Assembly: GCA_964016885.1 (NCBI GenBank)
Contig: OZ024757.1
Location: 16,554,001 to 16,618,000 of the forward strand
Length of the DNA stretch: 64,000 nt
Direction: 5' to 3'
Origin: Eledone cirrhosa
Taxonomy: Eukaryota
This document shows positions 40,853 through 53,710 of the stretch, one piece after another. Below the pieces are notes generated by a model. It was not told the DNA's origin. It saw only the letters and a list, made by a program, of their open reading frames with translations, and made no database searches. The translations under genes and the position numbers were made by a program. Numbering within the stretch: position 1 is the stretch's first letter; each line of letters opens with the position of its first letter.

Positions 40853-41058
40853 AATAAATGACTTAAACTGAACTTTGATTACTGTAATCTCTATATAACT
40901 GCTCTGTATAACAACTGATGTTATTACATTGAGCTATTTAACTTACTGGTAATAGGATAGTAATTAATGACTATCTCTCACTATTTAGGGTTTGTGTATA
41001 TATAATATATTACCATCAAAGGTTTTATTGCATACATAACCATAAATAGTACCCTTAA

Positions 41059-41151
<93 letters not shown>

Positions 41152-41385
41152 ATTATAGTGGCATAATCCAGTATATATATATGTGTGTGAGCGCGCGCAC
41201 ACACACACACATACACACATCACACACACACACTGGGTGTTCCTATACAAGCTGATTGGTCTCACAACGATGGTACGTATCTATAACGTGCAATTGTTGT
41301 ACATGGATCACCGAAACTGTACAGTCGGGACTTTGAAGAAAAAATAGGTATCTTTTTGTCTATTATTTCCTCTTATTTTATATAA

Positions 41386-41800
41386 GGGCGGTGGGTTGGC
41401 AATATCGGTAGGGGGTCAGACGCTTTTGCAGCAAAGAGTTACGGCCCTTTATGATCTGAGTTCAAATCCCGCCGAGGTTAACCTTGCCTTTCATCCTTAC
41501 GGGTTCGATAAAATAAAGTACCAGTAATGAACTGGGTATTTGCTGGCCTTGTGCCTAAAGTAGAAACAATTATTTCCTCTTATTTTATCATTTGATATAT
41601 ATATATATATATATAATTGTTTCTACTTTTTGGCACAAGGCCAGCAATCACCCAGTGCATTACTGGTACTTTATTTTATCGACCCCGTAAGGATGAAAGG
41701 CAAAGTCAACCTCAGCGGGATTTGAACTCAGATCGTTAAGGGACGTAACTGTGCTGGAAAGCATGGCATCCAACCCTCTACCGATACTGCCAATCCACCG

Positions 41801-41803
<3 letters not shown>
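41386..41803. mobile_element. Two family A SINEs tail-to-tail (41386-41574 plus, 41613-41803 minus)
   Basis: Inverted copies separated by about 40 bp including (TA)n. Confidence 0.88.
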
Positions 41804-41894
<91 letters not shown>

Positions 41895-42222
41895 TGGGGG
41901 GAGGGGGGGCGTGTGTGTGTGTAATCTAGAAATGTAATCACCAAATAGACGATAAATCAGGCAACTCCTTTCTCGTGAGTTAAGTTTTCTTCCTATCACT
42001 TCTGTTGTTGACAGGACACTATATTCCCAGATGCCCCGCGTGGGCTAGATAATAAAGGAGCGTACAAGAATATAGGGAGAGTGCTCAGCAAGGGAGATAA
42101 GCCATTGATAGATTTCTTGGATAGCTAAAGGTCAAACATTTAACTTCATTTATCTCTTCAGTGCGTGATTAAACTACTTACATCTATAATATATTTTAGT
42201 TATAAATATTTACATCTCTATT

Positions 42223-42271
<49 letters not shown>

Positions 42272-42344
42272 AGGTTAACGATGTGTTTGCGTTATGTGAA
42301 GGCGAATATTTAAGGCTAAATATATTCGTATATCGTAATGTATG

Positions 42345-42398
<54 letters not shown>

Positions 42399-42440
42399 TA
42401 TATATATAGAGAGAGGGAGAGAAATACAAAAAAAATATGC

Positions 42441-42496
<56 letters not shown>

Positions 42497-42616
42497 CATA
42501 TAAATATATGCATATATATATGTATATATTTATATACATATATGTATATATGCATATATTTATAGGTAAATATACATATATATATATAATATGAATATAA
42601 TTTTTTGTACGTCTCC

Positions 42617-42657
<41 letters not shown>

Positions 42658-42734
42658 AATATATATATATATACATATATGCATATATATATATATGTGT
42701 GAGTGTGTATCTTTATATCTTTCTCTCCCGTTCA

Positions 42735-42786
<52 letters not shown>

Positions 42787-43155
42787 GAAATCGGCTGCGA
42801 TTTGACCTAGAGAGGAGATGAGCTCCGACAGGTTTAACCAACACCCATAATACGTCGTAAATCACCACAGTGTCCCTAGGTTACAATCAAGAGTTAAGTC
42901 CTATTATATGAGATCCCTTTAATTCACGATGCAGTTTAGCCGACTACATAATGTATTCAATGTATACACTGAATACATAAATGTATTTAATTTATGTTAG
43001 TAATTTTTCACCACTAGCAGGCATGCGTGGTGGTGTGACCCCACCTACCACACATCCATCACACCCATCACACCCATCACACCCATCCCCGTTGAATTTA
43101 TCATGTTACTCTAAATCTTTCTGATAAAATTTTACAAGCGTTGTTTCTTTCATGC

Positions 43156-43244
<89 letters not shown>

Positions 43245-43247
<3 letters not shown>

Positions 43248-43816
43248 AATCCATGTGCAACCATGCAGTATTCTTCTCCCCATGTTTTTCATATAAATTT
43301 ACCTAAACTGCGATTATCTGTTTCTCTCTTTCTCTCTTACTGCTCCCCCGTTCTCTCTGTTTCTCTTACCTTCTTTCGTCCCCTCTGTCAGTTAACACTT
43401 TCTCTCGACTGACCTCTTCCTCGCACTTCCACTCACTCACTCTCTCTTTCTCCCCTTCTCACTTCCTCCCGTTCGCTAGGAGTGGGATTCTTTCTTTCTC
43501 ACATCACATTCACAGCGAAAGGTCTGTTTTCTGGACGCTCATGAAATCCACCCAGCTTACGCTGATCGGATAACCATGTTGCTTGTTTTTCTTCCCATCT
43601 TCGGTTCGCTTTTCCTTCTATGTTGTTTACTTGTCTCACTCGCTTTACTCGACTCACTTGTCCCAATAGCTTATTTTAGTTATTGCTCGCACCAACCTGA
43701 GGTATATGATTTTTAATGCGATGAAATACCAATGATCGTTGGCAAATCACTGATGAGGGACTAATTTTATAATATGTAATCCATGTGCAACCATGCAGTA
43801 TTCTTCTCCCGATGTT

Positions 43817-43825
<9 letters not shown>
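43245..43825 (+). mobile_element. 530-nt unit with a 51-nt direct terminal repeat, in (TA)n; partial copy at 50121-50338
   Basis: TGTAATCCATGTGCAACCATGCAGTATTCTTCTCCC.ATGTTTTTCATATA at 43245 and 43775; CTGATGA at 43750. Confidence 0.8.
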
Positions 43826-43860
<35 letters not shown>

Positions 43861-44021
43861 AGGAGTTGACGGACCCAGCATATTTATCAATGCCAGTACC
43901 GGTTGGTACTGGCATAACATAAATTCCAGCCGTTGTTATAACACTTCTTAATAAAAACACGGCGGGAATTTATGTTACATCCCAAAATATATAATATATA
44001 TCTATACATGTATATGTCTGT

Positions 44022-44128
<107 letters not shown>

Positions 44129-44252
44129 GACATATATATGTATAGATATATAGTATATATATTGGGATATAACATAATTTCCCGCCGTTGTTATAATATA
44201 TATATATATATAATAAAGAATAAAATTAAAAGATGGTTAAAAGAGTTCCATA

Positions 44253-44322
44253 TATTTTATTATGCGCATTTCGAATACAAAATCATCCTGGGACAAAAAT
44301 TGTGTTCTCATCAGATAAAATA
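44253..44322 (-). ncRNA. Type I hammerhead motif (family E)
   Basis: UAUUUUAU-CUGAUGA-GAACACAA..UUGUAUUC-GAA-AUGCGCAU-A/AUAAAAUA; basal stem II pair is G-C here versus A-U at 3254. Confidence 0.82.
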
Positions 44323-44656
44323 AGGTAACATGATATGAGGCATAATACCACTTGTTTACAGGAAAGTGCTAAGTTCTACCAACTGTTGAGTGCTACTTAT
44401 CTGATATATGCATAGTTTTATTGTTCTACAATATTACATAGATACATATATATATAAGCACTACTAACACCATCAACAACACCACAACCAACAACACCAA
44501 ACACAACCACCACCACCACCACCATCACCAATACAAACCACAACAACCATAACACCGTTTTATATGACGTTCGTAATATCGCCCATCTGTCGTCCTTCTT
44601 GCTGTACAATAAATCATGTCATTTTTTATATTATATTATTATATTTTATTATTGAA

Positions 44657-45871
44657 TGGGCAGTATCGGTGGAGCGTCGGACGCCATGATAGGGCGGTGG
44701 GTTGGCAGTATCGGTGGAGGGTCGGACGCCATGCTAGGGCGGTGGGTTGGCAGTGTCAGTAGAGGGTCAGACGCCATGCTAGGGCGGTGGGTTGGCAGTA
44801 TCGGTAAAGGGTCGGACGCCATGCTAGGGCGGGGGATTGGCAGTATCGGTAGAGAGTCGGACGCCAAGCTAGGGCGGTGGGTTGGCAGTATCGGTAGAGG
44901 GTCGGACGCCATGCTAGGGCGGTGGGTTGGCAGTGTCAGTAGAGGGTCGGATGCCATGTTAGGGCGGGATATTGACAGTATCGGTAGAGGGTGGGACGCC
45001 AAGCTAGGGCGGTGGGTTGGCAGTATCGGTAGAGGGTCGGACGCCATGTTAGGGTGGTGGGTTGGCAGTATCGGTAGAGGGTCGGACGCCATGTTAGGGT
45101 GGTGGGTTGGCAGTATCGGTAGAGGGTCGGACGCCATCCTAGGGCGGTGGGTTGGCAGTATCGGTAGAGGGTCGGACGCCATGCTAGAGCGGTGGGTTGG
45201 CAGTATCGGTAGAGGGTCGGACGCCATGTTAGGGTGGTGGGTTGGCAGTATCGGTAGAGGGTCGGACGCCATGTTAGGGTGGTGGGTTGGCAGTATCGGT
45301 AGAGGGTCGGACGCCATCCTAGGGCGGTGGGTTGGCAGTATCGGTAGAGGGTCGGACGCCATGCTAGAGCGGTGGGTTGGCAGTATCGGTAGAGGGTCGG
45401 ACGCCATGTTAGGGTGGTGGGTTGGCAGTATCGGTAGAGGGTCGGACGCCATGTTAGGGTGGTGGGTTGGCAGTATCGGTAGAGGGTCGGACGCCATCCT
45501 AGGGCGGTGGGTTGGCAGTATCGGTAGAGGGTGGAAGCCATGCTAGGGCGGTGGATTGGCAGTATCGGTAGAGCGTCGGACGCCATGCTAGGGCGGTTTG
45601 TTGGCAGTATCGCTAGAGCGTCGGACGCCATGCTAGAGCGGTGGGTTGGCAGTATCGGTAGAGGGTCGGACGCCATGCTAGAGCGGTGGGTTGGCAGTAT
45701 CGGTAGAGGGTCGGACGCCATGCTTTCCAGCATAGTTACGTCCCTTTACGGTCTGAGTTCAAATACCGTCGTGGTTAACTTTGCCTTTCATCCTTACGGC
45801 GTCGATAAAATAAAGTACCAGTAATACACTGCGTAATTGCTGGCCTTGTGCCTAAAGTAGAAACAATTATT
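44657..45871 (+). repeat. Tandem array of about 24 x 45-bp SINE heads ending in one complete family A SINE
   Basis: Unit AGGGCGGTGGGTTGGCAGTATCGGTAGAGGGTCGGACGCCATGCT; the last unit (45680) continues into the B-box and body. Confidence 0.95.
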
Positions 45872-46000
45872 ACATTATTGTTAGCTTATTTTGTTATTAT
45901 TTTATACTTATTTTTACAGGCGGCAGAAACCGACATTGTACCGTCCTTTGCTGTCTTTAATGTATTTTTATGTAAACGCTTTGTGGTCAATAAAGAAAAC

Positions 46001-46091
<91 letters not shown>

Positions 46092-46184
46092 AGCAACATG
46101 AATGGACCTGTTACTTTTCTCTAAAAATATTTATGCTGATTCCGCCCCGCCCTTCCCTTAAATCTTTCTAATTTTTCATTCTAT

Positions 46185-46305
46185 CTTCTGATGAAGGACT
46201 AACGTCCGAAACGTTAAGGCCCTCTTCTGGCTATTACAAGCGTTAACCTAACATATTCCTTCCATATACTGTACCGACTGTGTTGTTATTTCTGTTTACC
46301 TTTTT
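46185..46305 (+). ncRNA. Minimal hammerhead at the head of a family C element
   Basis: CUU-CUGAUGA-A-GGAC-UAAC-GUCC-GAAAC-GUU/AAG. Confidence 0.75.
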
Positions 46306-46443
46306 CACACACACACACACAAACACATACACACACACATATATTTATACACATCTGTATATATATATATATATATATACACATCTGTATATATATATAT
46401 ATATATATACATCTGTATATATATATATATATACACACATCTG

Positions 46444-46479
<36 letters not shown>

Positions 46480-46670
46480 GTGGATTTGCAGTATCGGTAG
46501 AGCGTCAGGCACCAAGCGTTGCAATATAGAGTTACGGCCCTTTACGTTCTGAGTTCAAATCCTGTCGAGCTTCACTTTGCCTTTCATCCTTACGGGGGTG
46601 CTAAAATAAAGCACCAGTAATGCACTGGGGGTAATTGTTGCCCTTGTGCCAATAGTCGAAACAATTATTA
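46480..46670 (+). mobile_element. Family A SINE (diverged)
   Basis: Head, B-box, core and tail recognisable. Confidence 0.8.
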
Positions 46671-46959
46671 TTATCATTAACTTGTTCTTGAGTGACTGTA
46701 GAACCAATCCTTCATGTAATGTATTTCTTCTGTATATGTTATTGTTGTTATTGTTGTTATTGACTAATTTGTTGCTGGTGGTGGTGGTGGTGGTGTGGTG
46801 CGTTGTTATTTCAATGCTGGTTGTTTCAACATTGACGTTGTCGTGGTGCAGTTGGTCGATATATATTGGTAGTATCGTTAGAGCGTCGGACAGCATGCTT
46901 TGAGATATTTACTTACGACTTTCTGTGTTCTGAGTTCAAATCCTGCATAAGTTACTCAC

Positions 46960-47770
46960 ATCAAAACGAGTTTCCTATCATTTGAAGGCTAAGATCTTCG
47001 ATACTTACATCCTACCAGTTGTGTTATCTGGTCCTAGCTGTGTTAATTGGACGACGAGGTCACTTCAGAAGCTCTCTAGATCCCAGAACCACATCATGAG
47101 ACTTATGACTGGCAAGCAGCTCAGCGACCGTATCTGTATCAGTGAGCTTGTCTTGACTGTGTTAATTGGACGAGGACAATGTCACTTCAGAAGCTCTCTA
47201 CATCCCAGAACCACGTCATGAGACTTATGACTAGCAAGCGGCTCAGCGATCGTATCTGTATCAGTGAGCTGCTCAACATTACCAGACTTAGACCAATTAC
47301 ATCAATTGCCAAGTCAAGAGTACTCAAACTGTACGGGCATAGGAAAAGATCAACTCATAGTGTGAGTAGGTTATGCCTGGAAGGATGTTTGGCTGGTAAG
47401 AGAAGTTGAGGCCGGTAGCCAAAACGATGGCTTGATAATGTCAACCTATGGACTGGACTTGATCTTTGCTCTTTAACCCTTTAGCATTCACATTATTTTA
47501 TATATACTATTATATTTTCATGGTAAAGGCTTTACCATACATAATTATCTCACATAATATTGAATCTATGAGATTTTGAAAGTATTTATTTTGAGAACAA
47601 TACCTTAACATCAGTTTGAGTGAACATTTACAGCCAGTTTCAACAGAAAGAGGTAGAGAATTCTGGCTGGTTTGGGCCAGTTTGAACACTAAAGGGTTAA
47701 ACTCTGCTGGTGATCAAACTTTGTGGGGGAAATATCTCATATTGATACGCAGTCTGCAACTGGTGGAGTT
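46960..47770 (+). pseudogene. 3' fragment of an RTE-like LINE with an internal duplication of about 120 bp, interrupted by a MITE
   Basis: KAKIFDTYILPVV..WT..KL..SQNHIMR; LKLYGH; GKRS*GR*PKRWLDNV. Confidence 0.75.
47477..47696. mobile_element. 220-bp piggyBac-like MITE
   Basis: TTAA-CCCTTTAGCATTCA ... TGAACACTAAAGGG-TTAA. Confidence 0.8.
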
Positions 47771-47782
47771 TAGCGTCACAAG

Positions 47783-48487
47783 AAGTTAGCTTTGTCTTTC
47801 ATCCTTATGGGGTCGATAAAGTAAAGTCCCAGTAATGTAGTGGAGTCGGTCTCATCAACTTCCCTTTCACTCAAAATAGTTTGCCTTGTGCCTAAAGTAG
47901 AAACAATTATTATTATTATTATTATAGGGGCGGTGGATTGGCAGTATCGGTAGAAGGTCGTACACTATGCTTTGATGCATGGAGTTACGGCCCTTGCCAT
48001 TCTGAGTTCAAATCTCGCCGAGGTTAACTTTGCCTTTCATCCTTACGAGGTCGATAAAATAAAGTACCAGTAATGCACTGGGTAATTGCTGGCCTTGTGC
48101 CAAAAGTAGAAACAATTATTATTTGGGTCGTGGATTGGCAATATCGGTAGAGCGTCGGACAACATGCTTTATGGTATATTATGATCTGAGTTCAAATCCC
48201 GCCGAGGTCAGCTTTGCCTTTCGTCCTTGCGGAGTCGATAAAATAAAGTACTAGTAATGTACTGGGGTCCATTTACTCGACTCCCCCCCCCCCCAAAAAA
48301 AAACTACTGGTCTTGGCAGTGTCAGTAGAGGGTCGGATGCCATGCTTTCCAGCATAGTTACGTCCCTTTACGATCTGAGTTCAAACCCTGCCGAGGTTGA
48401 CTTTGCCTTTCATCCTTACGGGGTCGATAAAATAAAGTACCAGTAATGTACTGGGTAATTGCTAGCCTTGTGCCTAAAGTAGAAACA

Positions 48488-48542
<55 letters not shown>

Positions 48543-48735
48543 GGGCGGTGGATTGGCAGTATCGGTAGGGCGCCGGAAAAAGTGCTTTTCGACATATAGT
48601 TACGGCCCTTTACGTTCTGTGTTCAAATACCGCAGAGGTTAGCTTTGCCTTTCATCCTTGCGGGCTCGATAAAATAAAGTACCAGTAATGCACTGGGGTA
48701 ATTGCTGGCCTTGTGCCAAAAGTAGAAACGTTATT
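47783..48735 (+). mobile_element. Cluster of five co-oriented family A SINEs
   Basis: Repeated core and GTAGAAACAATTATT(ATT)n tails. Confidence 0.85.
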
Positions 48736-49127
48736 ACTGTTATTAATGTTGTTCTTGTTGTTCTGGGGAAAATCTGGCTCGGATTCCTTCCTGGTTTCCA
48801 TGGTGACGACTGTAATTCCAATCAACCTGGAATATCCCGTATCGATTTCCTGTCACTAACACAAGATCTATTTTATGTGGCGTATCGATCGTTCGGATAT
48901 TCAATTGCTTCGATCCTAGAATTTTATGAGAGCGTCGTTGACGGAGGCACTAAGATGGGATATATCGTACTGGCAACCAGGGGGTAACTGGTTCGTGCAC
49001 CATTGTAGGACTGACTAATTCACACACACACTGGGTAATAGGTCACCTTTTTGTAGTCAGGCTTTGGTGTAGTAGTTGTTGTTATCTCACACACACACAA
49101 ACACATACACATACACACATGTGTATG

Positions 49128-49201
<74 letters not shown>

Positions 49202-49232
49202 AAGAATCAAAGAACTGTTCAAAGCATTATTG

Positions 49233-49279
49233 TGCTTACAGCTGTTTCCTCCAAACCGAGGTTTGGATTCTTCGGAGCA
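49233..49279 (-). ncRNA. Solo Penelope 3'-end fragment (49196-49375) with hammerhead
   Basis: Same CCGAAGA core and stem II as 40806; stem III ACAGCUGU; upstream TGTCTCTTGG.TGAAAAGGAGGTC is homologous to 40763-40787. Confidence 0.8.
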
Positions 49280-49371
49280 ATTTATTAATGAATGGACAGT
49301 TATAGGACCTCCTTTTCAGCCAAGAGACATACCGATACATGTGCAAATATTGTGGGTCAATAATTAATTAA

Positions 49372-49440
<69 letters not shown>

Positions 49441-49456
49441 TGTATACATGTGTATG

Positions 49457-49505
<49 letters not shown>

Positions 49506-49508
<3 letters not shown>

Positions 49509-49692
49509 GTTATTCCGGGTTGAATCGGAGGTAACCACAGTAAGTAAGGTACTCAATACATTGCAGAGTATAAAAGTTTTAATATAGATGAGATTCTACA
49601 GGACTAGAACTGTTTCATTCTTTAGAAATCATCAGGAATCCCTGATGATTTCTAAAGAATGAAACAGTTCTAGTCCTGTAGAATCTCATCTA
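49506..49692. mobile_element. Fold-back element of the 31243 family with two back-to-back hammerheads
   Basis: ...TCATCAGG-AATC-CCTGATGA...; arms otherwise perfect. Confidence 0.85.
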
Positions 49693-49727
49693 TATATATA
49701 TATATATATATGTAATACATGTGTATG

Positions 49728-49797
<70 letters not shown>

Positions 49798-50047
49798 TGT
49801 AGTATATATATATATATAATATATATGTAGTATATATATATATATATATATTCAGGTTTGAGGTTCACCACTGGATAGAGCTGGTCAATTCCGTATGGTC
49901 AATCTCAATGTAATAATATAGAGAGTACTCAACGTAAAGCAGTTCAACCGTCTTTGTTTTTGTAGTTGGTGGTGCTAGTACGGAGTTAAATATTATAATG
50001 AAATGACAGGAGGCTGGATTTACACAAATCCAGCCCCCTGTCATTTC

Positions 50048-50121
<74 letters not shown>

Positions 50122-50336
50122 GGTTAGCTTTCCTCTTTGTTGTTTACTTGTCTCACTCGCTTTACGCGTTTTAATTGTCCTAATAACTTAATTTAGTTAT
50201 TATTTCACCAACGTGAGGTATATGATTTTTAATGCAATGAAATATCTATGATCGTTGGCAAATCACTGATGAGGGACTCATTTTATAACATGTTATCCAT
50301 GTGCAACCTGCAGTATTCTTCTCCCCATTTTTTCAC

Positions 50337-50367
<31 letters not shown>

Positions 50368-50508
50368 GTAGTAAGAAACACAGTAAATCGTGTGTCTAAT
50401 ATTACGACGGTTGAAGAACCACATTTGTTTGAAATATTTAACCTTGAAGCAGACAGAATGATACAATAAAATGAAATTATACAGCAGACCGCCTCAATAA
50501 CACTTACA

Positions 50509-50590
50509 TCTCTCGGACAGATTAGGGATTAGTCTGTTTCGCCCTGAGTGTGTTTGTAACAGATAATCCACGGGCATCATCAGCGAGAGA
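50509..50590 (-). ncRNA. Complete type I hammerhead motif
   Basis: UCUCUCG-CUGAUGA-U-GCCC..GGGC-GAA-ACAGA..UCUGU-C/CGAGAGA. Confidence 0.85.
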
Positions 50591-50805
50591 ATCTGATTAA
50601 ATGCGACAAACACCTAGTACCAACGTTCACACAGAAAAATGAATTCATCACCTCGTGCGCCGTAAGTCAAAAGGGGTGTGGGTGTATTGGTTAGAAATAA
50701 CAGTCCAACACACGCAACTTAATAAGCTCACCTATGGAGGGAGCCGAAATATAAATGAAAGTTAGAGTTAATAACTCATACTGAAACCCTGTAATGAACA
50801 AGCTA

Positions 50806-50853
<48 letters not shown>

Positions 50854-51113
50854 AATATGTTCCTGTGAACTACAAAAGTTAGAGTTAATAACTCATACTG
50901 AAACCCTGTAATGAACAAGCTATGTGTGTGTGTGTGTGTGTGTCTGTGTGTCTGTGTGTCTGTGTGTCTGTATGTGTGTGAATGAATATGTTCCTGTGGA
51001 CTACAAAATCACATTGGGCTTTGAAACATTCTTTGCTTTTATGTAGTTGTATATCAACTCATCAATATATTCATTTATTATGACTAAATAGGCCTATATA
51101 TATATATATGAAT

Positions 51114-51169
<56 letters not shown>

Positions 51170-51275
51170 GAATATTCACACACACACACACATATATATA
51201 TATGAATATTCACATACACACACACACACACACACACACATACACACACACACATATATATATAAATATTCACAT

Positions 51276-51328
<53 letters not shown>

Positions 51329-51707
51329 CATGTTTATTGGTATTTGTGTCCCTTTGAGATCGATAATGGTGTTCGTTATTTATTGATTTCACGAATGCCA
51401 CGTGTGTATATGTATAACAGTAGCAATAAAGGGAGAAGATAAACACCCGTTGGTGATGTATATACATTAACACACATACACACATTGGCTTATATACATG
51501 CATTGATGTATATTGATGCATCGACATATATGCATACATTGACATATATACATAGATTGACATATATCCATACGTTGGTATAAATATATATATATATATA
51601 TATATGGAATTTGAATAGCAACCTTGGTTTTGATTTTGTATTTGTTATATATATGTACATATATATATATATATATATATATAACTTAGTTTTGATTTTG
51701 TATTAGT

Positions 51708-51800
<93 letters not shown>

Positions 51801-52290
51801 CAAATACAAAATCAAAACTAAGGTTGCTATTCAAATTCCGTATTCAATTTCAATAACTGTTTCTATGGAGATAAATACATTGCCAGTAGATAGAATCAAT
51901 CAATTAGTTAGTTATACAGTCGAAAAAAACAGAGGTACAAAAAGTCTTATTAGTGTCATGCTTTATATGGAAAAGGGAAAAGAAAGATTGCCATGTCGTG
52001 CTTTAATAGAGACAGGATCACAAAGGATAGACAAACAAAATAGGTATGGTGGGAAAGGAGAACACGTGAACAATACAGAGTCGGTTAAGATCGAAACAGA
52101 TCAAACCTTGAACTGATCAGTGGTGAAACGTGCGTCCCAACCAATAAATGTAATGAAGGAGTAACCAATCGTCCTTGTTATTTTTTCACTATAATACAAT
52201 CTGTATAGCTGTACACCTCGACACTGAAGTGAACCTAAACATCGAGTGCTCACCCGGGTGAACCTACAGTAACTCCAAGTTACACTCCCT

Positions 52291-52330
<40 letters not shown>

Positions 52331-52527
52331 GAACGATCGACTTTCGTCAAATCGGACCGAGGTCTTTCCAATTGCTAATACTATCTATCGGTCGCAACTC
52401 CAGGTAGAAGGAGCAACGTGAAATAAAGTGTCTTGCTCAAGGACATAACGCATCACCTGGTCCAGGAATCGAACTCACAACCTTACGATTGCGAATCCAA
52501 TTCTCTAACCACTCAGCCACACGCCTT

Positions 52528-52598
<71 letters not shown>

Positions 52599-52606
52599 AT
52601 GGGGCA

Positions 52607-52733
52607 CCCACTGATGAATTATAGGAGCCCACTTGAATATATATCTATTGATGGTATACAAGCTCCTACATAAATTGGTATAATTTCACCCAAATTGTAG
52701 GAATCCTATAATGAAACGAGACGTCCGTCTGGG
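52607..52733 (+). ncRNA. Complete type I hammerhead motif with a long stem II insert
   Basis: CCCA-CUGAUGA-AUUAUAGGA..(about 77 nt)..UCCUAUAAU-GAA-ACG..CGU-C/UGGG. Confidence 0.82.
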
Positions 52734-52915
52734 AAGAGATATATTCGATATGTCTCATATGAAATAATACAGCCAATTTTCCACGCAATACTTTTAGTTA
52801 GCACCCCGAACGCATAATTGGGAATATAATCACTTATTTCCTAATGTTTGTTGAGTGAGTTGGAATTTGGCCGGAGTATCGCTATTAGCTTTCTCCGATA
52901 TTGTATTTATGTATT

Positions 52916-52976
<61 letters not shown>

Positions 52977-53548
52977 ACAACCCATCCAGGCATAACGACT
53001 ATGTCAATTGTCCATCTGTTTTTATAGTAGTTATGTATTGACTTGTAACTCCTGTTGAAGCCGTGTGAGCGTCGTCATGACATGAGGCTTGTCTTTGCTA
53101 TGTTCATACTAGTGGAGCCCATCACCTCTCCAGGTCTGGATTCGTGCAGAGAAGGAGAGAGAATGTGATAGAGAGGAAGTGGAAGATAGACATAGAAGTA
53201 AAATCGACCCCAGCACTTGACTGGTACGTTATTTATCGACTTGGAAACGATGAAAGGCAAGGCTGGCCTCAGCGAGATTTGAAGTCAGAGAGCTGGAACG
53301 AACATCGCTAAGCATTCTGACCGACGATCAAACGACTCGACTCGACCAATTTTCTGCCTGTTATGATTTATAATGCGAAAAACTCCAAACATTTGACAGA
53401 AATTATTTGTTCTCTTTATCATGTAACTCTTTAGAGAGACGTTGCGGTGCCGTATTGACATACGGCGTTTCTAGGGCAGGTTAAGATCCTGGCGGAGCCC
53501 ATCTCCGCTGCAGGTCTGGTTACCATCTCCGCTGCAGGTCTGGTTACC

Positions 53549-53582
53549 AATTGCGAAGCGAACTATATTTACTGTCACGGCT

Positions 53583-53655
<73 letters not shown>

Positions 53656-53666
53656 CGCACACACGC

Positions 53667-53710
<44 letters not shown>

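Larger units (their letters stand above)
38272..41061 (+). mobile_element. 5'-truncated Penelope-like retroelement (thumb, GIY-YIG endonuclease, long 3' region, hammerhead)
   Basis: FFNPPFNLNVSTNL..FFSLLDKHFP..H..LNKNTI motif, endonuclease frame 38542-39264, HHR at 40806-40852, ends in (TA)n. Confidence 0.85.

Noticed and set aside
44649-45824. Repeat-protein ORFs or a CRISPR-like array
   Set aside because: The 45-bp unit is the SINE head and a multiple of 3; there are no unique spacers and no cas genes, and the context is eukaryotic
48770-48987. PGFHGDDC resembling an EGF motif, overlapping an X-box-like GTTTCCATGGTGAC
   Set aside because: The other EGF cysteines and convincing splice sites are absent; a single short motif is compatible with chance
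50758-51008. Small local tandem duplications (also 3037-3098, 4207-4282, 11339-11525, 53499-53548 and 55325-55487)
   Set aside because: Ordinary slippage products with no further structure
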